From Aulosira sp. ZfuVER01 (GTDB lineage: Bacteria; Cyanobacteriota; Cyanobacteriia; Cyanobacteriales; Nostocaceae), in the NCBI GenBank assembly GCA_034530615.2, contig JAVRCV020000056.1, positions 13,034 through 77,033 on the forward strand: 64,000 bases of DNA. Direction: 5' to 3'. The notes beneath the pieces are model-generated. The model did no database searches. It saw only the letters and a list, made by a program, of their open reading frames with translations, and was not told the DNA's origin. Position numbers and translations under genes: made by a program. Shown one piece after another: positions 10,236 to 18,803 of this stretch (positions are counted from its first letter, which is position 1; each line of letters starts with the position of its first letter).

Positions 10236-11249
10236 TTAGTCAAAAGCTTGAGAATTCCATAAACGCCGCCAAGCTTCTGTAATTGTTAATTGATTATAGT
10301 CTTGAGGAAAGTGCTTTTTCAGCAGATCGCTGACTAATGGATAGTAAGAAGGATGCATTGCTGGAAATAGATGATGTTCGGTGTGATAAGAGAAATTGTT
10401 ATGAATCAAATTGAACAAGGGAGGTACTGTTACAGATGTAGTACCTTGCACAGAATTATTTTGCGCTTTTATAGGATTGAGGAAATGATTCGTCGCTACA
10501 TAAATGACTTCAATCACTGAAGCAATCAATATAGGTAATATCCCAACAAATAAGTACTTTAACCAGTTACATTGAACGGCTGAAAAAATTATAGTCTGGA
10601 TTAAAATGATAATGCCTGTTTCAATAATAATTGAGAATTTTTCTTTGAGAGTATATGGTACTTGATAAGGAACTATATACAGCTTGCTTTTTGGTGAGAT
10701 AAAAACAGCTATGAAATTACGCAAGATGTAAAAGACAAAGTGAATATAGGCGAAAGGATTAATGAATCTTAGTAGTAATTTGTTTTTCTGCGGATAGAAG
10801 ATCCAAGTATAAATCCATTTAATACAAGTTTTTTCTGAAGTTAACCATCGCCGATCGGGGTCTTTAAATGTTGCTGCATTAGGATGATGCGTTCGATGAT
10901 GAATATGTATCCACATCGTTAGAGGGATAAAATTTATTCCCCACACTAACACTTCTAGAAAATGTCTCTGCCAAGATTTTGCCATAACTGAGCCATGACT
11001 CAAATCGTGACCAAAAAAAACTAGACCTGGCAAGCAATTTCCTGACAATAAACTTGCAAGTAAAAATATCCAAATATTATTGGAGTAGTGTGTTAAGGTA
11101 ATTGCTGAGATAAATAGCGAAAAATTAGCCAGAAAATACCAGAGATAACTTGGCTTTTTTTGAAAAGCTTCTTTAGGTAAAAAAGGACGGATGGTTTGAA
11201 TATAGTATTGATCTGTATGTGTTAGGGGCTGTTGCTCTGTCGTATTCAT
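10236..11249 (-). CDS. Membrane fatty acid desaturase
   Basis: His boxes HDLSH, HIHHRTHH, HTEHH. Confidence 0.9.
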   Translation of the reverse strand: MNTTEQQPLTHTDQYYIQTIRPFLPKEAFQKKPSYLWYFLANFSLFISAITLTHYSNNIWIFLLASLLSGNCLPGLVFFGHDLSHGSVMAKSWQRHFLEVLVWGINFIPLTMWIHIHHRTHHPNAATFKDPDRRWLTSEKTCIKWIYTWIFYPQKNKLLLRFINPFAYIHFVFYILRNFIAVFISPKSKLYIVPYQVPYTLKEKFSIIIETGIIILIQTIIFSAVQCNWLKYLFVGILPILIASVIEVIYVATNHFLNPIKAQNNSVQGTTSVTVPPLFNLIHNNFSYHTEHHLFPAMHPSYYPLVSDLLKKHFPQDYNQLTITEAWRRLWNSQAFD

Positions 11250-11308
11250 AATTAAATTCTGCTTCGCTGATTATAGATTTGCTTTTGAAGAGCTAGAACT
11301 ACACTTAT

Positions 11309-12277
11309 TTATAGCAATCGCACGCTTTTTGATTGCATCATTTCCGGTGTAGGTTGATTCACATCCCAAACTAAACCTAGACTCTGCAATACCACAATTA
11401 CCCAATAGCCAATGTCAATTTGCCACCATTGCAACCCAAATTTAGCTGAGTTTTGAAAAGCGTGATGATTGTTGTGCCAAGATTCGCCAAAAGTAGGTAA
11501 AGCCAGCCAAAGATTATTTGTGCTTTTTTCTTTGGTATCAAAACTACGAGTACCATAAAGATGGCAAATTGAGTTAATGCACCAAGTTGTGTGCTGTCCT
11601 AAATATAGACGAATAACTCCACCCCACAAAAAACCATGCCAAGCACCAATCCAATTTCCTGTAAGAATAAAAGCGACAACCGCCGGAAAAACCAGACCCA
11701 AAATCACCCAAACAAAATACAGTTGGTTAAGCTTGCAAATTGTTTTGTCTCGTAGCAGTTCCGGTGCATAGTAAAGTGGGTTGGGATAATCGTACTCAAC
11801 TTTCCACCACAGATGAGCGTGCCAAAATCCGGAAAGCTGATTGCGCCAACCTGTACCGTGTAAATGTGGAGAATGGGTATCCCCAACCTCATCACTATAG
11901 CGATGGTGGTGTCTGTGGTTAGCAACCCAAGAAAGCACAGGGCCTTCCGCACCTGTGGAACCGAGAATTACTAGCAGAATCCGAATAATTGGATGTGCTT
12001 GAAAAGCACGATGGGTAAAGTAGCGGTGATAGCCAACGGTAATTCCTACAGAGGTGAGAAACCACATCCCTAGAAACACTGTGATATCAACTATACCGAT
12101 TGGCTTGCCCCATAAACAGGCGATCGCTAAAATAAACCCAACAAAAGGTAGAACATCACACAATAAAAAATGACGCTTTTGCAACAACTTAATGTAGCTG
12201 TTGCTCATGGTTTTCTTCTTTAATAAATCAGTAGCACGATTAATTGATGCAGATTCAACGCTAATACTGGTTTCCAT
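11309..12277 (-). CDS. Delta9-type acyl desaturase (possible JamB-like acetylenase)
   Basis: GYHRYFTH, HRHHH, GESWHNNHH. Confidence 0.9.
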   Translation of the reverse strand: METSISVESASINRATDLLKKKTMSNSYIKLLQKRHFLLCDVLPFVGFILAIACLWGKPIGIVDITVFLGMWFLTSVGITVGYHRYFTHRAFQAHPIIRILLVILGSTGAEGPVLSWVANHRHHHRYSDEVGDTHSPHLHGTGWRNQLSGFWHAHLWWKVEYDYPNPLYYAPELLRDKTICKLNQLYFVWVILGLVFPAVVAFILTGNWIGAWHGFLWGGVIRLYLGQHTTWCINSICHLYGTRSFDTKEKSTNNLWLALPTFGESWHNNHHAFQNSAKFGLQWWQIDIGYWVIVVLQSLGLVWDVNQPTPEMMQSKSVRLL

Positions 12278-12317
12278 ATTCCCAACTTTGATAACTGATG
12301 CAAGATTTATGCAGAGC

Positions 12318-12401
12318 TAGGGTGTGTTATGCCGTAGGCTAACGCACCATCAAAAATTCAAGCTGCGTCGGTGCGTTGCGCTGCGCGACAACACACCCTA
12401 C
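12318..12401. repeat. REP-like palindromic dispersed repeat
   Basis: TAGGGTGTGTTATGCCGTAGGCTAACGCACC...GGTGCGTTGCGCTGCGCGACAACACACCCTA; near-identical copy at 43135-43211, partial inverted copy near 26145-26177. Confidence 0.8.
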
Positions 12402-12406
12402 TGCGA

Positions 12407-14173
12407 TTATGCAGATAAAGGATGATTTACACTTGCAACTGGCGCTAAACTTGGCAAAATCTCTAATTTCTGAGCTAAAAACTGCTCTCTGCAAGCATAG
12501 CGCTGGATTTTACCGCTAGAAGTTTTCGGGAGAGTGGCTGTTTTAATCAACGCTACAGTATGAATCTGTAACTCATGCTGTTGTAAAACCGCTTGCCGAA
12601 TTTTCCCTACCACTTCTGCAACGTTGAGATGGCGCAGATATTGTCGCTCAACTTCTTGCACAATTACTAGCCGTAGTACATTTTCGCGCTCAATGGTAAA
12701 AGCTGCACCAGCGCCAAGTCTGAGGGATGGATGAGCTTGAGCAACTGTTAATTCGATATCGTGGGGATAATAGTTGCGTCCCCGAATAATGATTAAATCT
12801 TTGATACGTCCTGTAACGAAGAGTTCGCCTTGATGTAAAAAGCCTAAGTCTCCTGTGCGTAAAAATGGCCCTTGTTGGCTATCTGCCAAGTATGCTTGGA
12901 AATATTCTTTTGTAGCTTCGGGATTATTCCAGTATCCTTGAGCGACACTAGCACCTGACACCCAAATTTCTCCGACTTCATTGGGCGAACATGGAGTTAA
13001 AGTTTCTGGATTGACAATGACAACTTGCAGATTTGCTAAACTTTGCCCACAACTCACAAGATTTTGGCTATCAAGATGATTATCGCTAGGAATCACTTGA
13101 TGCTGTTTCAAAGCTTTTTCCGCTACCGTTTCCACAATGGGTAAAGCGGCTTTATCTCCCCCAGCAATAATCAGCGTAGTTTCTGCCATCCCGTAACAGG
13201 GATAAAACGCTTCGCGACGGAAACCACAAGGTGTAAATAGAGTAGCAAACTGCTCCATTGTTTCTGCGCGTACGGGTTCCGCACCATTAAAAGCAACTTC
13301 CCAACTGCTCAAATCGAGAGTGGCACGTTGTTCTGGGGTAATTTTACGCACACATAAATCATAAGCAAAGTTGGGGCCGCCACTGGTAGTTGCTTGGTAA
13401 CGCGAAATCGCTTGCAACCAGTAAAAAGGCTTTTGTAAGAAAATCATTGGCGGCATGAGGAAGACGGAAAAACCACCGTAAAGCGGTTGTAAAATACCGC
13501 CAATCAAGCCCATGTCATGGTAAGCAGGTAGCCAAATAACACCCCGACTCTCTGGAGAATGCTGAAACGATTGATAAATTAAAGAGGAATTGTGCAGTAA
13601 ATTAGCGTGGCTGATCGTCACACCTTTTGGTGTGGAGGTGGAGCCAGAAGTGTACTGTAAGAAGGCGAGGGTATCACTACTAACTTCCACTCGTCGCCAA
13701 TCTTGCGCCCAATTGTTATCTAGGTTATCGGTAGCTTGCCATTGTAGCGATCGCAAATCCGCAAACTCTTGTAACTGCGGCTGAACCAGGGCTAAAACCG
13801 CTTTAGTTGTGAGTGCAATCTTAGCTTGAGCATTCGCTGCGATCGCTTGTAGTCGTGAGATAGATTGATTGGGGCGCGGAGGATAAGCCGGAACCGCAAC
13901 TGCACCTGCATACAAACAGCCAAAGAAAGCCGCAGCAAAATCTAATCCTGGTGGATAAAGTAATAAAACTCGCTCTTGGTAGGCTTTTTGGCTTTGCAAA
14001 TATGCTGCGATCGCTTGGGCTTTTTGATGTAATTCCCTATATGTAAAACTGCTATCTTCAGTAATCCCATCTGCAAGGAAGGTATAAGCTGTTTGCTGCG
14101 GCTGATGGCTGGCTCGATACTCCAACAGATCTACCAAAGTAGTCACGCTCGCATCGATTGATGTATGTCTCAT
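12407..14173 (-). CDS. Fatty acyl-AMP ligase (FAAL)
   Basis: LAFLQYTSGSTSTPKGV, WLPAYHDMGLIGG, PCYGMAE, FLRTGDLG, KTSSGKIQR. Confidence 0.93.
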   Translation of the reverse strand: MRHTSIDASVTTLVDLLEYRASHQPQQTAYTFLADGITEDSSFTYRELHQKAQAIAAYLQSQKAYQERVLLLYPPGLDFAAAFFGCLYAGAVAVPAYPPRPNQSISRLQAIAANAQAKIALTTKAVLALVQPQLQEFADLRSLQWQATDNLDNNWAQDWRRVEVSSDTLAFLQYTSGSTSTPKGVTISHANLLHNSSLIYQSFQHSPESRGVIWLPAYHDMGLIGGILQPLYGGFSVFLMPPMIFLQKPFYWLQAISRYQATTSGGPNFAYDLCVRKITPEQRATLDLSSWEVAFNGAEPVRAETMEQFATLFTPCGFRREAFYPCYGMAETTLIIAGGDKAALPIVETVAEKALKQHQVIPSDNHLDSQNLVSCGQSLANLQVVIVNPETLTPCSPNEVGEIWVSGASVAQGYWNNPEATKEYFQAYLADSQQGPFLRTGDLGFLHQGELFVTGRIKDLIIIRGRNYYPHDIELTVAQAHPSLRLGAGAAFTIERENVLRLVIVQEVERQYLRHLNVAEVVGKIRQAVLQQHELQIHTVALIKTATLPKTSSGKIQRYACREQFLAQKLEILPSLAPVASVNHPLSA

Positions 14174-14910
14174 TTGACGCCTACCAATTCAGGTTTAGCA
14201 GTAATTTTCTCACCTTGCCACTTAATAGCAGCTTCCAGTTCTGAACCTAAGTAGGGACGAATATTTAATTCAGCCCGAATTTCTTCTAAAGGTTTTTCCC
14301 ATAATGTATTCCAAGGAACGCCAAACAGAGGTTGTGCTTGTTGTCCCATAATCCAGCCGCGCACAAAAGCTTCCATGTGCTGACTGCACAAATCCATATC
14401 TTCAATCGCAGTTTTGAGGAAATTTTTCGCCAGTAACACCACCCAAAAACGAGCAGGATAAAACTGAGTCAAAGAAAATGTCTCTACTTGAATTTCTCCA
14501 GCTTTGTCTGTATTGCTACCAGTAACCACGTGCCAGATATCATGCGTTTCCATCACATAATTGAACAAATATCTATAGGTATCTGATGTATGTTCGCGCA
14601 CTGGCGGCGGAGTTAATCTGTTTCTCAGCATGTGATCGGCGTAAATATAGCCAAAGGTGTTGGTAGGTAATTGATGGAGTTGCTGTAAATCAATCTTACC
14701 CAGGAGCTTTTTTTCAGCTAGGGCTATTCTTCCCCGTTCCGTGCGAGAGAGAAACTGCACAATTTGATTGAGACTCTTGGGATCGATTGCTGCATCAGAT
14801 AAATTGCCACCTGCGCCAAAGGAACCGTAAGGTAGCTGGACAATGCGCATGAAGCGATAGGCGAATATCAGCTTTTTTAGCTCTTTTTTGAGATTTTGTA
14901 GAATTTGCAT
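14170..14910 (-). CDS. Coq4-family metalloprotein
   Basis: LHQLPTNTFGYIY, ETHDIWHVVTG..GEI (HDxxH..E); stop overlaps FAAL start (ATGA). Confidence 0.8.
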   Translation of the reverse strand: MQILQNLKKELKKLIFAYRFMRIVQLPYGSFGAGGNLSDAAIDPKSLNQIVQFLSRTERGRIALAEKKLLGKIDLQQLHQLPTNTFGYIYADHMLRNRLTPPPVREHTSDTYRYLFNYVMETHDIWHVVTGSNTDKAGEIQVETFSLTQFYPARFWVVLLAKNFLKTAIEDMDLCSQHMEAFVRGWIMGQQAQPLFGVPWNTLWEKPLEEIRAELNIRPYLGSELEAAIKWQGEKITAKPELVGVK

Positions 14911-14943
14911 TTGATTGATCTCCCAGCGATGCTTGTGTTTTTT

Positions 14944-15006
14944 AAGTTAAAGAGCGATCGGGGAGAACTAGGGGAGAAATGAGAATCAGATGAGAAGAAG
15001 ATGAGA
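14944..15006 (-). promoter_or_regulatory. Direct-repeat operator plus -10 for the coq4-FAAL operon, with a second 11-bp-period array upstream
   Basis: Minus strand TCTCATC-N4-TCTCATC-N4-TCTCATT, then TCTCCCC-TAGT-TCTCCCC-GATCGCTCTT-TAACTT. Confidence 0.75.
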
Positions 15007-15030
15007 GAGTTAAGATTGTAGGAGCACTTC

Positions 15031-15061
15031 AGATCCCCGACTTCTTGAAGAAGTCGGGGAT
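15031..15061. repeat. Palindromic dispersed repeat or terminator
   Basis: ATCCCCGACTTCTTGAAGAAGTCGGGGAT; degenerate relatives near 23741-23771 and 54584-54615. Confidence 0.6.
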
Positions 15062-15089
15062 ATAGGCAACCATTCTTGCTTAAGTTATA

Positions 15090-15482
15090 TCAACTCTCTA
15101 TTTCGCTATAAGCCCAACCCAATACTTCACTGATTTGCCCTGCCAGTTTTAAAGGACGAAAAGGCTTGGCAAATATAGCGGCTACATCTAATCCAGTAAA
15201 GCAGTCTTGATCTGAATCTTGAACTTTGGCAGTGAGTAAAATTACTGGAATTTGCTGAGTAACAGGGTTAGCCTTTAATTTTTGCAAGGTGGCACGCCCA
15301 TCCATATCAGGCATCATCATATCTAGCAGGATGACATCAACTTGTGAGTTGGCAGCTATATTCAACGCTTCCCGTCCAGAACAAGCCGTCAACACATTCC
15401 AACCAGCACCCAATTCTAATCCCAATTTAGCGATCGCCTGCACATCTTCTTCATCATCAACAATCAAGATATTTCTGCTCAT
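15090..15482 (-). CDS. Single-domain response regulator (RcaF/CheY-like)
   Basis: MSRNILIVDDEED, ILLDMMMPDMDG, LTA, KPF; ATG at 15482 preferred. Confidence 0.9.
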   Translation of the reverse strand: MSRNILIVDDEEDVQAIAKLGLELGAGWNVLTACSGREALNIAANSQVDVILLDMMMPDMDGRATLQKLKANPVTQQIPVILLTAKVQDSDQDCFTGLDVAAIFAKPFRPLKLAGQISEVLGWAYSEIES

Positions 15483-15534
15483 GGTGCCATCCTTGCATGA
15501 TATGTGATGCTGACTAGCTTGATTACCTGGAGCT

Positions 15535-15568
15535 ATTCTAAAATGCAATCGGGGAGAAGTGGGGGAGA
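15535..15568 (-). promoter_or_regulatory. Direct-repeat operator plus -10 upstream of REC gene
   Basis: Minus strand TCTCCCC-CACT-TCTCCCC-GATTGCATTT-TAGAAT. Confidence 0.75.
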
Positions 15569-15587
15569 TTGAAGCAGCGATTAGTTG

Positions 15588-17117
15588 CTAATTAGAGACA
15601 GCTAAAGGTAAAAGTACATAAAAGGTGCTACCTTCCCCTAAAACGCTTTGAACCCAGATTTTACCGTTATGTTGCTGCACAATATTCCGGCAAATCGCCA
15701 GTCCTAAACCTGTTCCGCCTTTGTTGCGAGAATCAGATGCATCTACCTGCTGAAAGCGCTCAAAGATAATTTGTAATTTATCTTCAGGAATTCCTCGCCC
15801 TTCATCTCGAATAGTAATCAACAGGTAGCTGGGTGTATCTTTTTGAGACTCAACACCTTGATTTTCTGAAAGTGTCGCACCGATCCAAACAGTATCCCCT
15901 GGTTCCGAAAACTTAATCGCATTGCTGAGTAAGTTAGTCAAGGTTTGCAAAAGGCGATCGGAATCTGCCCAAAGTTCAACTGCTAAAGGATTAACAATTA
16001 GTTTGACTTGGAGTTTATCTGCCATTGCTTGCATGGCTTCTGTTGCTGTAATCAGCAGTTCAGCAGCGTTGCACTTGCCCATACGCATGAAGATTTTGCC
16101 CGATTTCATCCGTTCTAAATCGAGAATATCGTTCACCAAACGAATTAGACGTTCCGTGTTATTGGTAGCAATGCTCAAAACTTTTTGTCCCTGTGCAGTT
16201 AAAGTTCCTAGTTGTCCTGCACCCAATAAATCTAATGCTCCCATTGTTGAAGTTAAAGGTGTACGTAACTCATGACTGACTAAAGAAATAAACTCGTTTT
16301 CTAGGCGTTTGCGTTCGGTGATGTCATTGGCAATTAATAAAGCGCATGGTACTCCCGCTAGATCAATTAATTCGATAGAAAGTAAGATGGTTTTGATTTC
16401 GGCAGATTTGGTAGAAAATTCAAATTCCAGATTGTACAGTGAACCACTATCAGGTAAACGTTGAATTGTTTGGGCGATCGCTGCTGTATTTTTACCTAAA
16501 TCGAGTTCTGCAACTGTATGTCCAATTACCTCTTCTAAACAATAGCCACTCATTTTTAAGAAGCTGGGATTGACATCAAGAACCCGCGCTTCCGAAATTG
16601 TGGCGATCACGATCGGGTTAGGACTAGAACGAAAAACTTTAGCAAACTTCTCTTCGGCTTTAGCGCGCTCTCTTATTTCTTGCTGTAACTGCTGATTTTG
16701 CGCTTGGAGTTGCTTTTGGAGTTGGCGAATCGTCAAGTGATTTTCAATTCTGGCTAAAACTTCTTCTAGTTGAAAAGGCTTAGTAATATAGTCAACCCCG
16801 CCAACTGCAAACGCCTTCACCTTATCCAACACATCACCCAAAGCGCTGATAAAAATTACCGGAATCTCACAAGTGCGATCGCTTGTCTTTAATTGTTGAC
16901 AAACTTCATAACCATTCATCTCTGGCATATTCACATCTAGCAAAATCAAATCAGGAGGAACTGCATTTGCTCCCCGCAACCCTGTAGAACCTTTAGTCAC
17001 GCTGCGAACTTTATATCCTTGTTCGGTCAGCATCGCAGATAAAAGATTTAGATTTTCCGGTGTATCATCAATTACCAATATGTCTGCTTTCGGAGAGTTG
17101 GATAATTGTTTGGGCAT
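15588..17117 (-). CDS. Hybrid histidine kinase REC-PAS-HisKA-HATPase
   Basis: ILVIDD REC, PAS, SHELRTPL, NAIKFS, DEGRG, GGTGLGL. Confidence 0.93.
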   Translation of the reverse strand: MPKQLSNSPKADILVIDDTPENLNLLSAMLTEQGYKVRSVTKGSTGLRGANAVPPDLILLDVNMPEMNGYEVCQQLKTSDRTCEIPVIFISALGDVLDKVKAFAVGGVDYITKPFQLEEVLARIENHLTIRQLQKQLQAQNQQLQQEIRERAKAEEKFAKVFRSSPNPIVIATISEARVLDVNPSFLKMSGYCLEEVIGHTVAELDLGKNTAAIAQTIQRLPDSGSLYNLEFEFSTKSAEIKTILLSIELIDLAGVPCALLIANDITERKRLENEFISLVSHELRTPLTSTMGALDLLGAGQLGTLTAQGQKVLSIATNNTERLIRLVNDILDLERMKSGKIFMRMGKCNAAELLITATEAMQAMADKLQVKLIVNPLAVELWADSDRLLQTLTNLLSNAIKFSEPGDTVWIGATLSENQGVESQKDTPSYLLITIRDEGRGIPEDKLQIIFERFQQVDASDSRNKGGTGLGLAICRNIVQQHNGKIWVQSVLGEGSTFYVLLPLAVSN

Positions 17118-17308
17118 CGCAATCTTAGCTTGAGCCAGAATCGGCTACGTAATTGTGAATAAAAATTCTAACGTTAATTTCTTAGCTTAATAATCCTTTA
17201 TAAAAACTTCTTCATAGCTTTATCGTAAATAAAAGGGTTTAAGACCCCTACTTCGATACGTAGCATCAGTTTCAGTCGGGGTTTAAATCCCCGTCTGAAA
17301 ATATCTTT

Positions 17309-17347
17309 AATTTTGAATTTTGAATTTTGAATTTTGAATTTTGAATT
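17309..17347 (+). repeat. STRR heptamer tandem repeat (AATTTTG)n
   Basis: About five tandem copies; also at 26522-26547. Confidence 0.85.
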
Positions 17348-17354
17348 GTTAATG

Positions 17355-17388
17355 TCTCCCCCAGTTCTCCCCGATTGTTTTTTATTTT
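17355..17388 (+). promoter_or_regulatory. Direct-repeat operator plus -10
   Basis: TCTCCCC-CAGT-TCTCCCC-GATTGTTTTT-TATTTT. Confidence 0.72.
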
Positions 17389-17427
17389 GAAAACATCAAG
17401 CCAAAAGTTTAATTCCTGACTAATAAT

Positions 17428-17973
17428 ATGACAAATCAACAAATATCTTCTTTACCAAAAACCGCCCGTCTTTTTGCTGCTTTGGGTTTAACTCTCAGTG
17501 CTAGCCTTTTTGTTTACCCTAGTACCAGTCAAGCAGGTAAAAATGGTGGGGCGATACCTGCTGAACTCCAAGGTGAGTGGCTTTACGGTCGAATTTCTTC
17601 TATCCAATACCAAGACCAAATTACAGGACAGTCAGCAGCACCGAATGGTTCGAGCGATCGCTTCCTAGTCGCAGCTAACGGTAGCTACCAGCGACAAAGG
17701 TTAATTCAAATCAACACCTACAACTGTGCGTCTAACCTCTTCATACAAGAGAAAGGTAAAGTTAGCGCTGACGATCGACAACTCACCTTCCAACCGACTG
17801 AAAGCTCATCTAAAGGGCAAATCTGCAATACTGGTCGCACTTACTCTGGAAAGAACACAGCCAAGCCTGAAACCTACGCTTGGTCAATCTCTAAAAACGA
17901 ATACGGACAAGAAGTCCTCTTGCTTCAGACTACCGATGGTCAGGGTCAAGCTCATTATGGACGACCTCAGTAG
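17428..17973 (+). CDS. Secreted hypothetical protein, possibly a lipocalin-like beta-barrel
   Basis: Signal peptide ending SQA; ELQGEW motif; beta-rich; two Cys. Confidence 0.7.
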   Translation: MTNQQISSLPKTARLFAALGLTLSASLFVYPSTSQAGKNGGAIPAELQGEWLYGRISSIQYQDQITGQSAAPNGSSDRFLVAANGSYQRQRLIQINTYNCASNLFIQEKGKVSADDRQLTFQPTESSSKGQICNTGRTYSGKNTAKPETYAWSISKNEYGQEVLLLQTTDGQGQAHYGRPQ

Positions 17974-18069
17974 CTCAGTCACACAATTTTGGATTTATTC
18001 CGAGATAAATTTGCTTTCTCTAAGCTTGTTTAAATTTTTAAATCTAAAATTCGCTAGCAATTAGATTTT

Positions 18070-18103
18070 TCTCCCCTAGTTCTCCCCGATTGTTTCTTAA
18101 TCT
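18070..18103 (+). promoter_or_regulatory. Direct-repeat operator plus -10
   Basis: TCTCCCC-TAGT-TCTCCCC-GATTGTTTCT-TAATCT. Confidence 0.75.
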
Positions 18104-18129
18104 ATAAAATATCGAACAGAGGTTATTCT

Positions 18130-18612
18130 ATGATTCACCATATTTCTTTTGCTGTTAACAACCCTCAACACGTTGCCCAAGTTTTGGCAGAAATTTTAAA
18201 AGCAGAAGCTGTTCCATTTCCTCCTCACCCAGGTAGCTATATGGTTATACCTTTTGATGAACATGGTACAGCCATTGAACTTTATCCTTTAGGTACTCAA
18301 TTAGAACCTGGTGAAGGTGATGGACAATGTGCATTTGTACAAAATTCTATTTCTCCTAAGTTCGTAGATATTCATGCAGCTATTTCTGTACCTGCTAGTC
18401 AAGAAGAAATTCAAAAAATTGGTGCGCGTGAAGGTTGGCGTGTTGTACGCTGTACCCGTGAAACTTTTTTTGATGTCATTGAGTTCTGGGTAGAAAACAG
18501 ACTTATGATCGAACTGCTAACACCAGAAATGGCAACTCAATACGTAAAATTTACAACTCACCCAGAAACTCGAAAAATATTTACGGCAGAACCTGCTTTA
18601 GCCACAGCATAA
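18130..18612 (+). CDS. VOC/glyoxalase-like protein
   Basis: MIHHISFAV..AIELYP..HAAISV..VIEFW..MIELL metal-ligand pattern. Confidence 0.7.
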   Translation: MIHHISFAVNNPQHVAQVLAEILKAEAVPFPPHPGSYMVIPFDEHGTAIELYPLGTQLEPGEGDGQCAFVQNSISPKFVDIHAAISVPASQEEIQKIGAREGWRVVRCTRETFFDVIEFWVENRLMIELLTPEMATQYVKFTTHPETRKIFTAEPALATA

Positions 18613-18675
18613 GTTTTGTTCGCAACTTTAGCACAGTTTTTATTTGAATAAATTGAAGCTTTATACTTAACTTAA

Positions 18676-18708
18676 AACTTCTCCTTTTACCGATCAAGAG
18701 GAGAAGTA
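18676..18708. terminator. Hairpin between convergent genes
   Basis: ACTTCTCCT...AGGAGAAGT inverted repeat. Confidence 0.55.
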
Positions 18709-18803
18709 TATTTATTTTTGCGTTTTATTTGCGCAGTTGCGATCGCTATTAGTTTAATCAAGCAAATTATAGTCTGTTATGGACTTTCTACTTCAACTAG
18801 TAA

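Noticed and set aside
17309..17347. Tandem heptamer repeats (also 26522, 28439, 28941) as CRISPR arrays
   Set aside because: No spacers and no cas genes; these are ordinary Nostocales STRR repeats
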